NCBI GenBank assembly: GCA_014804005.1
Contig: JAAVAP010000016.1
Coordinates: forward strand, 106,751-170,750
Reading direction: 5' to 3'
Length of the DNA: 64,000 nt
Source of the DNA: Treponema sp.
GTDB taxonomy: Bacteria > Spirochaetota > Spirochaetia > Treponematales > Treponemataceae
Shown here: piece after piece, positions 63,889 to 64,000 of the stretch
How positions within the stretch are numbered: position 1 is the stretch's first letter
Layout: each line of letters opens with the position of its first letter
Translations under genes and position numbers: made by a program
The notes under the pieces: generated by a model
What the model was told of the DNA's origin: nothing
Database searches by the model: none
What the model saw: only the letters and a program-made list of their open reading frames with translations

Positions 63889-64000
63889 ATGGAAGACATC
63901 GAAACCGTAAAGCGCAGGGTGAGGAAACTGCTCGCCCTGTCAAAATCCCCGAACGAGAACGAGGCGGTGTCCGCCCTGCAAAAGGCGAACGCGCTCATGG
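63889..64000 (+). CDS. DUF2786-like protein, N-terminal fragment (3' end cut by window edge)
   Basis: MEDIETVKRRVRKLLALSKSPNENEAVSALQKANALM matches the DUF2786 N-terminal pattern (..KLLAL..S.NENEA..AL.KA..LM). Confidence 0.5.
   Translation, partial: MEDIETVKRRVRKLLALSKSPNENEAVSALQKANALM

Larger units (their letters stand above)
57170..64000 (+). mobile_element. Integrated plasmid or phage-like element (partition and replication module); right end lies outside the window
   Basis: There is an abrupt switch to G/C-ending codons. At least 14 same-strand ORFs have overlapping starts and stops. Gene content: ParA, ParB-like, DUF3310-like, initiator-like with internal repeats, two SSBs, DUF2786-like. 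Confidence 0.6.

Overview
This 64 kb window comes from a diderm anaerobe. Gene content suggests a Treponema-like spirochaete: an OmpA protein with FlgD-Ig repeats, LolCDE, Rnf, and poly-G/C tracts. That taxonomic call is inference, not verified.

Positions 1 to about 57,100 are ordinary chromosome:
- a partner-switching module (PP2C phosphatase, STAS antagonist, RsbW-like kinase)
- tmRNA
- fhs, a pseudouridine synthase and citrate synthase
- two envelope proteins, rlmE and a LysM/M23 peptidase
- an ECF sigma/anti-sigma unit
- ptsI, der, a MerR regulator and a GH3 glycosidase
- gltX and rnhB
- a galactan-utilisation cluster with two GH53 enzymes
- one long minus-strand gene train: prfB (with the classical +1 frameshift), ftsY, lolCDE, mcsA, mcsB, clpC
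- a complete rnfCDGEAB operon

Four regions or features stand out:
1. From about 57.17 kb to the window end, composition and codon usage change abruptly. A tightly packed same-strand module appears with ParA, a ParB-like protein, a DUF3310-like protein, an initiator-like protein carrying internal palindromic 24-bp repeats, two SSBs and a DUF2786-like protein. I read this as an integrated plasmid or phage-like element that runs off the window.
2. An AT-rich islet at 23.7-25.9 kb holds an orphan gene, an HU-fold/Ig-like fusion protein and a 5 x 46 bp tandem array. The array has GTAC cores phased at exactly 23 bp.
3. Two 9-nt G/C homopolymers sit in positions typical of phase variation.
4. An uncharacterised module of about 80 aa occurs four times across three adjacent galactan-locus proteins.

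No rRNA, tRNA or CRISPR array was seen. All function calls rest on reading motifs in the supplied translations. No database search or statistic was run.
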